From Sporopachydermia quercuum (Eukaryota), in assembly GCA_001599295.1 (NCBI GenBank), contig BCGN01000002.1, positions 682,001-746,000 on the forward strand: a stretch of DNA of 64,000 nucleotides, written 5' to 3'. Both the position numbers and the translations under genes were made by a program. Below are positions 34,742-46,463 of the stretch, one piece after another. Within the stretch, counting starts at the first letter, position 1, and the number at the start of each line of letters is the position of its first letter. The notes beneath the pieces were generated by a model. It was not told where the DNA came from. It did no database searches and saw only the letters and a list, made by a program, of their open reading frames with translations.

Positions 34742-35810
34742 ATGTCAGAGGAACCAACACAATATGGATTTTATCAAGGTAAAATAGCTAACTCAATACA
34801 CCCTAAACTCGCACAGCAATTTGTCGCTAATATAAAAACTGGAAGAAGAATCTACAATGATAATCAACTGCAGTTTTACATTTCCTTACAATATGATGAT
34901 CTGATTGAAGAAACCTCTAATAGACGAACTACTCTGCAGGAAGTAGAGAACATCCTATTCTATTTATACAAGCAAACGGGACATGATTAATCAAAAATTA
35001 TAATAAAAACCAATGGCATAACACTCTCTTCCCAAGGAACTTGAATTAACTCGCAGAAACGATTACGACAATTTGATGATTATACTATTGCAGACACTGT
35101 GGATTATGATTTTTTACAGCGGGCCACGATTCAATTACTATATTGGCTCTTATTAGCTTATCATTGATTCTAAAACAGATTCCAGACTAAAATCATCTCG
35201 TATGGTCTCGTATGGCTATTTTATGTAGCGATGCAATTACTAGAATTTCCCGCGTACTTCTACCCAATGTAGTTTATATGAGCGTATTCATATTTTCATG
35301 CATCAACTGAAAAATAATAATCAAATGAACCGAACATTTTTCCGTACATGAGAAAACCGTTGGAACTTTAACTGAGTAATACGTAGACCCTTTCTTCTTT
35401 AACTAACCTAACTATCGATGTAGGTTTCTGAAGAGAGTGGCTTACAAGTCGGTATAGATTCTGAAATGGTTGAATCGCTATGTTTATATAGTCATCAGAT
35501 ATATAGATATTGCATACAAAAACAGATGCATATGAAGAATACGAGCAGTATCATGCTTTTATTCCTCCAAGTCACTGATTAACCACTGATCATCAAGCCA
35601 CGAACCTAATCTCTTTTAGAGAACCAATCAAGCTATCTATGTATTTTTCGCACGACTGTTGAACATTTGAAAAAGGATGGTGAATATTCACTTGCGTTCT
35701 GACATCTGTTATATCGAACAAACATTGAAAAGGACACGGCTGAATGTTGTATAAGCAGCTCATCTTTGTCCTGTGATTCTAGTGACCGGCCACTGGACAC
35801 ATCGAAATAA
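34742..35810 (+). pseudogene. Possible orphan small ORF (82 aa, 34742-34990) followed by fragmented coding-like sequence
   Basis: ATG in AATAATG-like context, protein-like composition, downstream short open stretches in shifting frames and an AACTAAC...TAG acceptor near 35423; no family recognised. Confidence 0.25.
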
Positions 35811-37099
35811 TTATTACTTGTTGCTCTTATTTCTATTTACTGAACGGTACTTGCCGGGGACTGTTGCCCAAACATAACATATTCAATCACTTTTATTATA
35901 AATAAATGATAGAAAGGAACTCACTTTGTTATCGTTAAAAGTTTTTAATAATCATTGATTGAGCTTTAGACATCAATAGACTAGGCAGCCTTTAATGTTA
36001 GGAGGAAGAGAAAGATTATATAGAAGATTATGGACGCTAGTCCACGATTCATAGGGAGTCACGACCTTCAGAAAGAAAAACACCATAACNATTACCTGAA
36101 CTTCAATAAACACAAGTAACCAGGCCTAGTTCATCTAATTTTGATTCTAAGGGGAAAGCGAGCTAGACATCATTTGTTGGAATGGTGGTTGAGCTCTACT
36201 TGTAATACAGGTTAATGAATAACTCTAGTTGTAAACTTATACCATGCATTATACCATGCATTAAACTGAATAAATTATATATAAGACCAAGCTATACATA
36301 ACATTGCATTGCATTACGTCAACTTTAACGGAGTTAAGATTAATAGCAGTACAGATTAAACTCAAACAACGTTGAGTGGGCATAAATATGCATGAAAGTA
36401 ACCTTAAAAATCTAGAGAGGAAAGCCTTACATTTTTTTTCATAGTACACATAAAATTCGTTCCAATTATAAGGTTTGAAGTCATGCATACGGTGTGCAGG
36501 GGATAGTAAACGACTCCCCGTTTCCAGACTCCTTTCACAATTTATGATAATGTAATCACTGTATCAATTAATTNNGCTCAAAACACTCAGTTTCGGGATC
36601 CCCCTGGTTAAAGGACTGGAACAGCGGATCTCCTCCTGAACTTGAATTCAAAATCCTTTTTTGATTACAAATGATTAATTCCTATTCATAGCCAGTCCCT
36701 TTCGCCGAACTATCTACTCACCTTTATTACACCTGGAAATCAAATTCTGATTGATCCGTACGTATATATTCTGCAGACCCTCCATCAAACCATTCTTTTA
36801 TATGCATGTATTTTTTTTACTTCATTTCGCACCCATTCGTACTAAACACACAAGCTTAAAATGAGCTATTCACAACCTCTTATTGGTTTTCTCACTATTA
36901 ATTTCAATTCAAAAATGTATCACTTACTCTTAAGACAACCCAGGAAACCAACAATTGAAATATAATATACCATATCGTCTACACAGTTTGTTCATTGAAT
37001 GTTTCTCCCCAATAGTCTTTGCTGTTTATGTGATACAGTCAAATTGTATTGAAAGGGTTACTTAGAAAGTGTGGCACTTGACGAAACCCTTTAAACAAC

Positions 37100-37153
37100 A
37101 ANTTCATAATAACTTCTTTAACTAGATATTCAACTAGATACTCAACTAGATAA
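37100..37153 (+). repeat. Short 12-nt tandem repeat (AACTAGATAyTC x about 3) upstream of the PHO4-like gene
   Basis: aactagatattc aactagatactc aactagata, read directly. Confidence 0.6.
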
Positions 37154-37271
37154 TAGGTATTTATTGCGTTGAACTCAAAAAAACCAAATCCTTGTGCACA
37201 GTGTAGTGCTAGAACTAAGTTACTGTCGTGTGGTGTATGAGGAGACCTGGCACACGACAAAGAAAGACGCA

Positions 37272-39845
37272 ATGAGTGAAGGTCAAAATCCGACCAATGA
37301 TGATATTTTACAGGCTTATGTGGAGAAAGAATCGTTAGATCTTTTATCGCCCGACTCTTTGCACCAATCAATAGCATTATCACCAAAGAATCCCAATGAT
37401 CCTTCAAGCAAACTTGACGTTGACCAAAACCCAGAATGCTCAGCAGTTAATCAGAGCATCTATCCTACTCCTCCTAATCCTAGTGATTCTATGAACCCTT
37501 CAAGTTTGCATCTTTCGGAGTTTAAGGATATAGAAGAAACAATCAACCACAATTCAGAAATGCCTTCCAACATCAACTCTGAGCAAACCTCAGAGTTTCT
37601 CGATTTTACTTTCCTTAAAACCATGGATAATGACAAAGAGTCTGCTGAGAATTCAATCATCAACTCTGGAATGCTACAACACATTGTCACTATGCAGGAC
37701 TTCGATAATACACCTGCTGAACACATTGTTCCATTATATGATACGAACGATCAAATTGTTACTCAACCACAATCAATTAATATTTCCGACGGCTTAGCCA
37801 GAGTTCCTTCTTTTTCATCAAATTCTTCTTCTGCTACGGGCAGCTCTTCATATTTGAGACAGCAACAACAACAGAGGTCTGATTTACTATTCACACCTTT
37901 AGAATCTCCTATGCAAAGCCCAATGGTTAATGTCTCTGAAACTAACTTCTTGACTGGTGTTTCTGGAGCAAATGGCTCTTTCAATTTCTCTCCTTTGAGT
38001 CATCCAGCTCAACAAGGAAGACAAGAAAATATGATGCCAATTCTTCCTTCTCAGGGTATGGTTGTCCCATCTCCTGTTCCCAATGGGTATCCTATCAATA
38101 TGAATTATAATTCGTACCAAACACTTTATCAAGCACAGCATATTCACCAGAATCAAATATTGCAAGCTCAGAGGAGGCTTTCTTGTCCTGAAAATGATAT
38201 GGTACCTGTTCCGGGAAAATTCCGGACAGGGATTAACAATGCTTCTCAACAGCATTTGAACGTTAATGTNCAACAATCGCAACCTCAAATTCAGCACCCA
38301 CAACAACTTCAACAACAGCACATTATATACAGTCCACGTATGGTCTCTCAAGAACAAGGTCCTGCTTCCTTACGTAAAAGACCATCTCATTCAAACCTCA
38401 TAACATATGATGGATCGATGATAATGAGTCCTCGTAAGCAAATCAAACAATCCCCAAGCATATATGCTGCAGGTCCTCAAAGTAGCAGAGGAAACAATAC
38501 TCAAATCAGGAAAGTAACTGCCTCTGGTACATTTTCTTATGCCCAACCGCCAATGTTTCCTTACACCAAGCAAATGAACCTACCCGACGCTTTAATAAAC
38601 AGCACAATTCCAAATCCAGCACCTCCGCATCAAATAGAATTCATGGAACAACGAAATAAAAACCCTTCTGGCTCTTTTGCTACTCCTGCTAGTTTGATGA
38701 GAACCATAGGGAAGAAAAAACGAAGAGATAAGGCTTCAGAAAGTAAAAGCTCCAATAGCAGTTCTTCTAAAAGCTCAGCTCACGACGGGAAACCGTCTGA
38801 ACACAACAGCAACAAATCAAGAAACTACTGGGTCATCACAGAACAACCAGAAACTAAGAATCAAGCCCAAGGCCAAATCCAAGGCCACACTCAAGGTCTC
38901 GTACAGGAAGTCGATTGTAGTGGAAGGAAATGGAGTATTTCTTCAGCACGGAAATACTCCAATGGTGATCCTATGGTAAAAAACTCTTCAACTCCGGTTT
39001 TAATGGATTCTGGTTACTTGGGACTTGATTCTATTACAACCGATAAAAAACTGCCAAAATTAATACCCAAAGGCAGTGGAAGTTCTGAAGATTTGATTGT
39101 CCAAGGAAGAGTAGTGCAGAATAGCAGTTATCCCCTGGACCAGCAAACAAGGGAGGGGAAGATACTTCAGGAGAAACAGAAAAGAGAGTCCAATAAAATA
39201 GCTGAGAAGGAACGTCGTGATAGGTTCAATGGCGCTCTGAACGAGCTGGCTTCCTTACTTTCACTTTCATTATTAGAAAGACAGCAAGAAGAGGTTGAAA
39301 GAAGAAAGAAACTGCACAGTGAAAAGGGTGTGAACGTGGAGAATTCAAAGAATNGCGAGGACAACAACAAGGACAACAACGAGGACAATAACAATAACAA
39401 TAATAACAATGATATTGGTGATAATACCAATAATACGAGCTCCAGCAGTAGTGTTATTAACAGCATTAACACAAGCTCTGAAGATATAACAATGGACTCG
39501 AAATTAGATAAACCAGACGAGCAAGAAATCATAGCATCGGACAACCGCAGCGAAGATAAGAATAAAAGCACACGCACGACGTCAAAGTCGTCAAATTCTT
39601 CTTCTAGAAAGAACTCTTTAACTGATGGTTCGTTAATGCCACTGGCTAATTCTTTTGATTCATCTTCTAAGGTGTTGAAATCTATTCATCCTCCTCATTT
39701 GCAGTCCAAAGTTGCAACAATTGAAGAAGCGATCAAATATATCAAACTTTTGCGACAAGAAGTATCTACTTACAGAGAGATGGCAATGAATGTCGCCAAC
39801 GAGAAGAAGGTATTTACCAGTAAAGAAGACTCGCAGGAAGAATAA
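37272..39845 (+). CDS. PHO4: bHLH transcription factor, Pho4/NUC-1-like
   Basis: KRESNKIAEKERRDRFNGALNELASLL...SKVATIEEAIKYIKLL resembles the Pho4 bHLH; FTPLESP and FSPL motifs resemble fungal Pho4/NUC-1 phosphosite regions. Confidence 0.75.
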   Translation: MSEGQNPTNDDILQAYVEKESLDLLSPDSLHQSIALSPKNPNDPSSKLDVDQNPECSAVNQSIYPTPPNPSDSMNPSSLHLSEFKDIEETINHNSEMPSNINSEQTSEFLDFTFLKTMDNDKESAENSIINSGMLQHIVTMQDFDNTPAEHIVPLYDTNDQIVTQPQSINISDGLARVPSFSSNSSSATGSSSYLRQQQQQRSDLLFTPLESPMQSPMVNVSETNFLTGVSGANGSFNFSPLSHPAQQGRQENMMPILPSQGMVVPSPVPNGYPINMNYNSYQTLYQAQHIHQNQILQAQRRLSCPENDMVPVPGKFRTGINNASQQHLNVNXQQSQPQIQHPQQLQQQHIIYSPRMVSQEQGPASLRKRPSHSNLITYDGSMIMSPRKQIKQSPSIYAAGPQSSRGNNTQIRKVTASGTFSYAQPPMFPYTKQMNLPDALINSTIPNPAPPHQIEFMEQRNKNPSGSFATPASLMRTIGKKKRRDKASESKSSNSSSSKSSAHDGKPSEHNSNKSRNYWVITEQPETKNQAQGQIQGHTQGLVQEVDCSGRKWSISSARKYSNGDPMVKNSSTPVLMDSGYLGLDSITTDKKLPKLIPKGSGSSEDLIVQGRVVQNSSYPLDQQTREGKILQEKQKRESNKIAEKERRDRFNGALNELASLLSLSLLERQQEEVERRKKLHSEKGVNVENSKNXEDNNKDNNEDNNNNNNNNDIGDNTNNTSSSSSVINSINTSSEDITMDSKLDKPDEQEIIASDNRSEDKNKSTRTTSKSSNSSSRKNSLTDGSLMPLANSFDSSSKVLKSIHPPHLQSKVATIEEAIKYIKLLRQEVSTYREMAMNVANEKKVFTSKEDSQEE
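39356..39410 (+). repeat. Coding low-complexity (GAGGACAACAAC / AAC-AAT) repeat encoding poly-Asn in the bHLH loop
   Basis: EDNNKDNNEDNNNNNNNND, read directly. Confidence 0.8.
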
Positions 39846-40790
39846 TAGTTATATGCCAATAATAGTTAAAATGAGATTGTAGCTATAATCAGCGTATCTC
39901 AATGTATAATAAGAATGTATATTCATAGAATTCAAGCTAATGATATAGAAACATATTTCAAACCAGTAGAATTACCCACGTATATGATACGTTTCAAACT
40001 AGTAGAGTTATATTATATGTATGTGGTATGGATATATTAATAATCATTTCGGGCGGTTAAAGTCAAGCCATTTATCATTATTTTATTGTTTCGAAACGAA
40101 ACATATGTTCTCTACAGTGACATAAAAACCAGAGATTGCAGTTTAGTGTACATCTATTTACCTCAAATAGATATACTGCATTTCAGTTGATACTCATTCT
40201 ATGCTTAAAATATAGGCCCGTTAGAGATTCAAACATCTACATTCAAAGGTGAACCTTCTGCCCACTATTTTCACAACGCAATGTTCTCACTAGTATATAT
40301 CACTATCTCGGCCAACGAGGAGAACTCTACAATTATTGATGCAGTGAAAACAATTCTATTGTATTATCTCCAGAAAAAGTTACCTTACAAGCTACGAAAT
40401 TAAAGCAATGAAATGTTCGACATCTGAAATGGACCTCTATATCCACAGTCATAACACTAGGATATCGGGGTGAGTAATACGCGAGTTGATCTAGTTTGCC
40501 ATGATAAAGAATGTGATATTGAATAGAATCCTCTTTACAGGACTCAATCAAATTCCTGCTAAAATGTTTTGAACAAAACAGATTAAACAGCAAACAGTTA
40601 AGTTATGTTTATTTTTGGTTGGATATCTATTCTCATTAGTTGTACTCATTTCAATTCCAAAATAGNTGACAGGAAACATCATTGCTTAAATATACAAATA
40701 GTACATCGTTCTACCAGCATCACACATATAAAAATTATTGATTGATTGACTCATTTTAAATACACAGTTTAACAATCTTCGTTTATGCAT

Positions 40791-41358
40791 TTACTCTTCA
40801 GGAACTATAGTAAAAAAAGTTAGTGACTACTATAAATTTCATGTAAATGTTGAAGACAAATTTTTATGACATACCTTCGATCTCACCAGCATCTATAGCT
40901 TCAATGATATCATGAGGGTTCTTACCGTCTACTCGGCATCCAACGGATTGAGCAGTTCCCAAAACTTCCTTGCAAACACCAGAAAGTTCCTTGGCGAAAG
41001 ACTTTGATCTCATTTGACGTGCAATTTCAATAATTTCATCGAAAGGAATGTTACCGCTGTGTTTGATGTTCTTGTCCTTCTTTCTGTCTCTTGGGGCTTC
41101 CTTCAAAGCAGTGATCACAAGGGAAGAAGCAGAAGGAACAACGGAAACAGTAGCTTGTCTGTTTTGAATAGTAAGTTGACAAGTAACCTTGATACCCTTG
41201 AAGTTCTTGGTAGCTTTAGCGATGTCTTCACCAACCTTCTTAGGAGAAAGACCTAAAGGACCAATCTTAGGGGCCAGTGCGGATGAAGCACCGACTTCAC
41301 CACCAACGGCTCTCAAGTAGATGATCTTAACTTCAGTGGGGTCAAACTTTGGTGGCAT
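40791..41358 (-). CDS. RPL12: 60S ribosomal protein L12 (uL11); exons 41358-40875 and 40804-40791
   Basis: MPPKFDP...[25 protein letters not shown]; a 70-nt intron GTATGT...CACTAAC...TAG yields the family-like C-terminus EIEVPEE*. Confidence 0.97.
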
Positions 41359-41917
41359 ATTGATATTATTATTTGAATACTGTGTTGTATTTTAGTTGAT
41401 TCCTAACAATAATATTCACTATTTCCACTAAACCTCATATGAAATAGTTTTATGAAGTTAGTAAGAAAAATATCATACTATTATCTCTGTTACTTTAGAA
41501 AGGATAGAGTGAGTAGTTGCTTCTTGCCAAACCTGTGCATGAGTTACTGCTGGGTTCCTTGTGAAACTCTCTGTTTGCGTGGGTTCCCTACTAACCACGC
41601 NCTTCCGTTTTCTCTATGAAATACTCCTCAAAAATAACGTAGAGGCTGGAATATTTGAACATGTTCTGAAATATACGCAGGAAAGTAAATGAGTTAGGAA
41701 ATGGAAAACTGAAGTCACATTATGATCCATTTTAGGTAACATGCTTACTTATCAATTAATTATGTAATCATAAATACGATTTTTCATTCTTGATAGTCAT
41801 TCCAGTTCAACGATTTATCAAATGGCAAAATATTAAGTGGTCTAGAATTAATTATAAGTATACAATTTTTATGAATAATTTGAAGTTTCGTATTCAATCT
41901 AAAATTATGTACATGAG

Positions 41918-44410
41918 TTATAAAGTTTTCACTTTGACAACTGGGAACCATCTCTGATACCCTTTATACTCCAAGTCCAGATGCATTCTACATTCCTTTG
42001 ACTTTTCCACGTCCAATAGATCAGGTAAAGCTTTCGTTATCAAAAGAGCACTCAATGAAACCGCAACAGAACTTCTAACTAAACTATTTAAATCATCGTT
42101 AAAGTCGTTTCTGTAAGGACCCAGGAATAATGGATCTGTAACATCATCTGCGGAGCTCATAGACAATAAGGTCTCAATTGTTTGTTTAGCCATACGAGCG
42201 TATGTTGAAGCCTGAAGAAGTATTGATTTATAATGGTCTAAGTTGTTGATTTTCTGTTGAGGAACCACTATTTGTTTTTGACGGACCCAGTCACTATGCT
42301 GAAGAAGATCTGGAACTCCTACCGAAGAGAATGATTTGAAACGTAAACCATGTAAAAGAGTTAAAGACGTGAATTTGGTATTTGTCTCTTCGATCAGTTC
42401 TGCATAAGAACATATGATGAGTATCATAAATTGTGATTTTGATAATAACTCAAACGCACTCAATAGAAGCTTTTGCCTTTCAAGAAAGTTCTTGCTTGCT
42501 TGTAATTCTTCAATCAGATTATCAAAGTATTGTGCAGTGTGCTTCTTGCTATGTTTTTTATTGTTGCCCTTGTTTCTATTCTTCTTCTTCTTTTTAACTG
42601 TTTCTATCTTTTGATCAATGAATATTGTAAGCCTTTGTAAATGAGACAATTGGAATTTCAAAAGATACTCTTGATACCAGTATACTACAGGTAATTCCCA
42701 ATGTTTATAAACCTGCAGCTCGATGCCCATCATTAGATATTTAATCATAGCATTCAATTTATTATAGAACACCCAAGATGATATTGGCAATGCATCATTC
42801 AACTGGCCGTTTTCCAGTAATATTTTATGATTATAGTTCCCGAAACTAGCCAATTTTATTTCTAAGTCCTCGCTTGCTACCTGTAAGCTATCCCAATGAA
42901 CAATCTGCCTCGATATATCTTCACGTTGTCTACAGCCGTTATGTGAAGCCATAGATAGTTCCGAGTAGACAACAGATGCTATTTGTTCAGAGAATCCTTG
43001 AAGCATCACTTTCAGTGGCTCTTTAGCATCTACAATCAAACTAGAAATCGCTGGACCCCCAGAGAACTGGCTTATTGTATCATCAATAAACTTCTCAAAT
43101 TCGTATTTACCCAGAAACTTCTTGTCTTCACGTATGAGGTAAAACTGCAAATAGCTTCTAGAGATAATAGATGAAACGGGTCGTTTGTTGGCAAATGATT
43201 GACCGAATTGATAAATGGCTCGACTGTTCGAATAGTTTTCAGCTAAATTACGAATTATTTGTATATCAGTGAACGTTTCCTTCAGCAAGTTAAATGCCGG
43301 CTCAACTGGACAATCATCTAAGCGTCGAAGGGGAACTTTATTGGATTTTCTTTTCTGAATTCCCATACTGAAACACCCAACTGGTTCTTTTAAAGAATTT
43401 AATAGGTCCTTTTGCTCGAGTAAACCTGAAACAGCTTCAATAGCACCTGAAAGATCATCCGACTCATTAATATCAATTGTATAAGGCAGAGCTTGAACTA
43501 ACTTCTGGAAAATTATAGTTATGTTGCTTAGAACATCCAACAATACAGTATTTTCTTCTTTTTCCGTTGAAGACTTCTGAGACTTTATCCATGCCACTGT
43601 TTCCTCACAAATAGTGAATACTTGCTGTTGAGTTATATTAGATAACAAGTCCATTTCCAAAACACACACTGATAGGTCCTCTTCTTCATACACAACACCT
43701 GCCTGTGTATATGACAAGATGATCTGACAAGCAACAACTATAGCAATCACTATAGTGCGTAATACATGATGAACTAATTGTAGGTCAAAAGATTCTGTGC
43801 CAAGCTGATTGATCACTTCTCCGTGCACTTTCCCCAATATGAAAGTGCAGCCATCAATGCTTCTTATGTTAGAGTAAGCCTCTAACAGCACTTCAACGTA
43901 CCGACATGAGAGTACATTTTGAGGTAACGATGAGCCAGTAAGCCATTGATAAAATCCAGTAGTAAGTCTTTTGGCGACGTATACTACTTGATCCAAGGTT
44001 CTACTGCATTCACAGTCAAAATTGATCTCTTCCTCGGTTAGTTGAATCAATCCCGTATCCAAAGACTCGTTCAGAACTTCTAACGCATGAGTGCCCGATC
44101 TGAGGTCAAAATGAGGAGATTTCGCCAATTGGCCTTTNCCAAGGTTCTTTACTGCCTTCAAAAATTCACTAGTTATATCAACTGTCTTCTCACATATTAT
44201 AGATTCCAATGGTAAACCTTTACTTCTGGACACAATTCCATGAAACGCAGTATCATGGATAAGCTCANTACTACTGCTTTCGTTCTTACTTGATTCTATA
44301 ATAGAAGTCATTATCGTTAGTTTTTCTGACCCAGAACCTTACTTACTATACAAGTTCCTTTCTCCGTCTCTATCACCAATCAGCAGTTCACGCATACCTG
44401 TAAGTTCCAT
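41918..44410 (-). CDS. MAK10: NatC auxiliary subunit Mak10/Naa35; exons 44410-44398 and 44295-41918
   Basis: DITSEF...FDL...ALEV...LDTG, WLTGSSLPQNVLSCRY, YEEED, NGCRQR, ELQVY...E...VYWY; adjacent to RPL12 as in S. cerevisiae; intron GTATGC...AACTAAC...TAG in frame. Confidence 0.9.
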
Positions 44411-45239
44411 TCTAACCTTTCACCGCTCTAATCTACATTAACCACAACATTTCAAATCAGAGCTTTTTCAAAATGCCTTAATTCCCAGTATCCCTTCCAT
44501 GCATTATTCATTCAATGGCCCAATTTTTCTACTCTTGTTTTCTCTTTCCTATTGCTCAGTCCCTTCTTTGTTCCTCTGACCACTCTGTTCCCTATCACTC
44601 CACTCGTGTATTTGCTGCTGCGAATCAGGAATTATTCAATCCGGAATAAAATTGGAAAAGTTCCGGGAGATTGAGTTTAATTAGAAGGGTGCCTGTCTCA
44701 TATCAGATAATCTGTTTATGTATATTATCTCGGTGACAATGGCTTGAAAGTGTATAAAATATATGGATGGAGATCGATCAATTGCAAGAAAAGATGTAGC
44801 AAACTAAAAGGAATTAAAAGGAACAAGATGTGTATTTTCTAAAACATTTTGAGTTCGAGACTCTATATTTCTAGGAAATCTGTTGCTTTGATACTGGGAA
44901 ACAGGAGAAAGTGCAGGGAAAGGATACAACGCATTGAGTTCTCAACCCTTTCATTGAAGCAAGAGGAGTATTAGTTGTATGTATCCGTCCGCAGATGAGC
45001 TAGATTGATCAATGTGAGGCCTTGCTTGTCTGGATAATTGGGCGTTATCTGGGACAATGAGCTTTGGCTCGTATCGATATTTTATTGGAGCTGTGTAAGG
45101 AAATAAGTTGCAGACTAATTGAAAAGTTGATTAGCTGACCTTGATATCTCTAATTGTTAGACCTCCTGCTGTCTATCTATCTGTCACGTACGCCTTTCCT
45201 AGATTTCACTAACTAAAGAGAATAATAGATAAATTGTAG

Positions 45240-46248
45240 ATGAGCCAAAAACCTGGAGTTTTTTTTAGCTTTTTGGTAATTCTGTTCTCAAGCATTGCTT
45301 ATAGATTGATTCTAAATCGCGAACTTACGAACAAAGCATTGAACGAAGCTAGAATGCCTTACCCCGCAGTTCGTTATTCAGCTACTGAAGCTGCAAATGC
45401 AGCTATCATCTTCCTACACGGTCTTGGTGACTCAGGAGCGGGTTGGTCTTTTTTACCTGACTACTTTCGGAGTCTAAATAAGTATAAATATGCCAATATT
45501 GTTCTGCCTAATGCTCCTGTTATTCCAGTAACAGTTAACAATGGAATGGGCATGCCTGCTTGGTTTGATATTTTTGAGTTTGGCAAAGTAGATGCCAAAC
45601 AAGACACAGATGGAATGACAAAGTCTTTCAGAATATTGGAATCATTGATACAGGAACAACTGGATCTAGGAATCAAACCTGAGAGAATTATCATTGGAGG
45701 TTTCAGTCAAGGTGGTGCCATCACTTCAGTGGTAAGTAAACAACAAAACAATATGGACTAATACTCAATTGATACCATACAGTGATACTCTGTTATATTC
45801 GAATAATCAACGAATAAACTAACGTAACGTATACATTTAGACTACGTTATTATCCCAACAAAAGTTTGGTGGGGCATTAATCTTGTCAGCATGGATCCCT
45901 GCTCAAAAGCATTTCCTTCCAGTAAGTGAATTCATCTACAAAATGAAGACGATTTCTCTTTATTCATGAGATGTTCTTTCCTGAAATAGAAACAAAAAGG
46001 CAACCACTAACATTCGTTCTTAGTTAAAATCATCTGCCAATCAGGACACCCCTATTTTTATGGGCCATGGAACAAGCGATCCAGTTATCCCGATTGAGCG
46101 TGGACTTAATGCTAAGCAAGTGTACTCAGACTTAGGCTATAAAGTCGACTTCCACCAGTATCGAGGAATGCCGCACTCTACTTGTCCTCAGGAAATGAAC
46201 GACTTAACTGCTTTTCTAGATAAGATTATACCTCCTCTTAGCAAATGA
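45240..46248 (+). CDS. Acyl-protein thioesterase 1 / lysophospholipase-like (APT1, YLR118C-like); exons 45240-45731, 45841-45921, 46024-46248
   Basis: IFLHGLGDSG, PNAP...MPAWFDI, GGFSQGGA, GHGTSDPVI, GMPHS; two GTAAGT introns join the fragments in frame. Confidence 0.92.
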
Positions 46249-46463
46249 TTGATTTTATACTATGAGACCATCCTCCTGAATGTACGGGCTGGCAAAGAAG
46301 TTTTGTCAAGCTACCGTGCTGCAGTTTACTACAAGTATTTGCCATTTCAAGTATTAAAAATGCTCGTTTATTCATATCGACGTTTATTAGATAATACACA
46401 ATAGACACATTTTGATCTTAAACATTCATCGCGAACTTTTCGTGTAGGTTTTGGTAAATTAAA

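Noticed and set aside
41428..41478. Possible RPL12 5' UTR intron (GTATGA...TACTAAC)
   Set aside because: Donor-to-branch distance is only about 20 nt and no better donor is visible.
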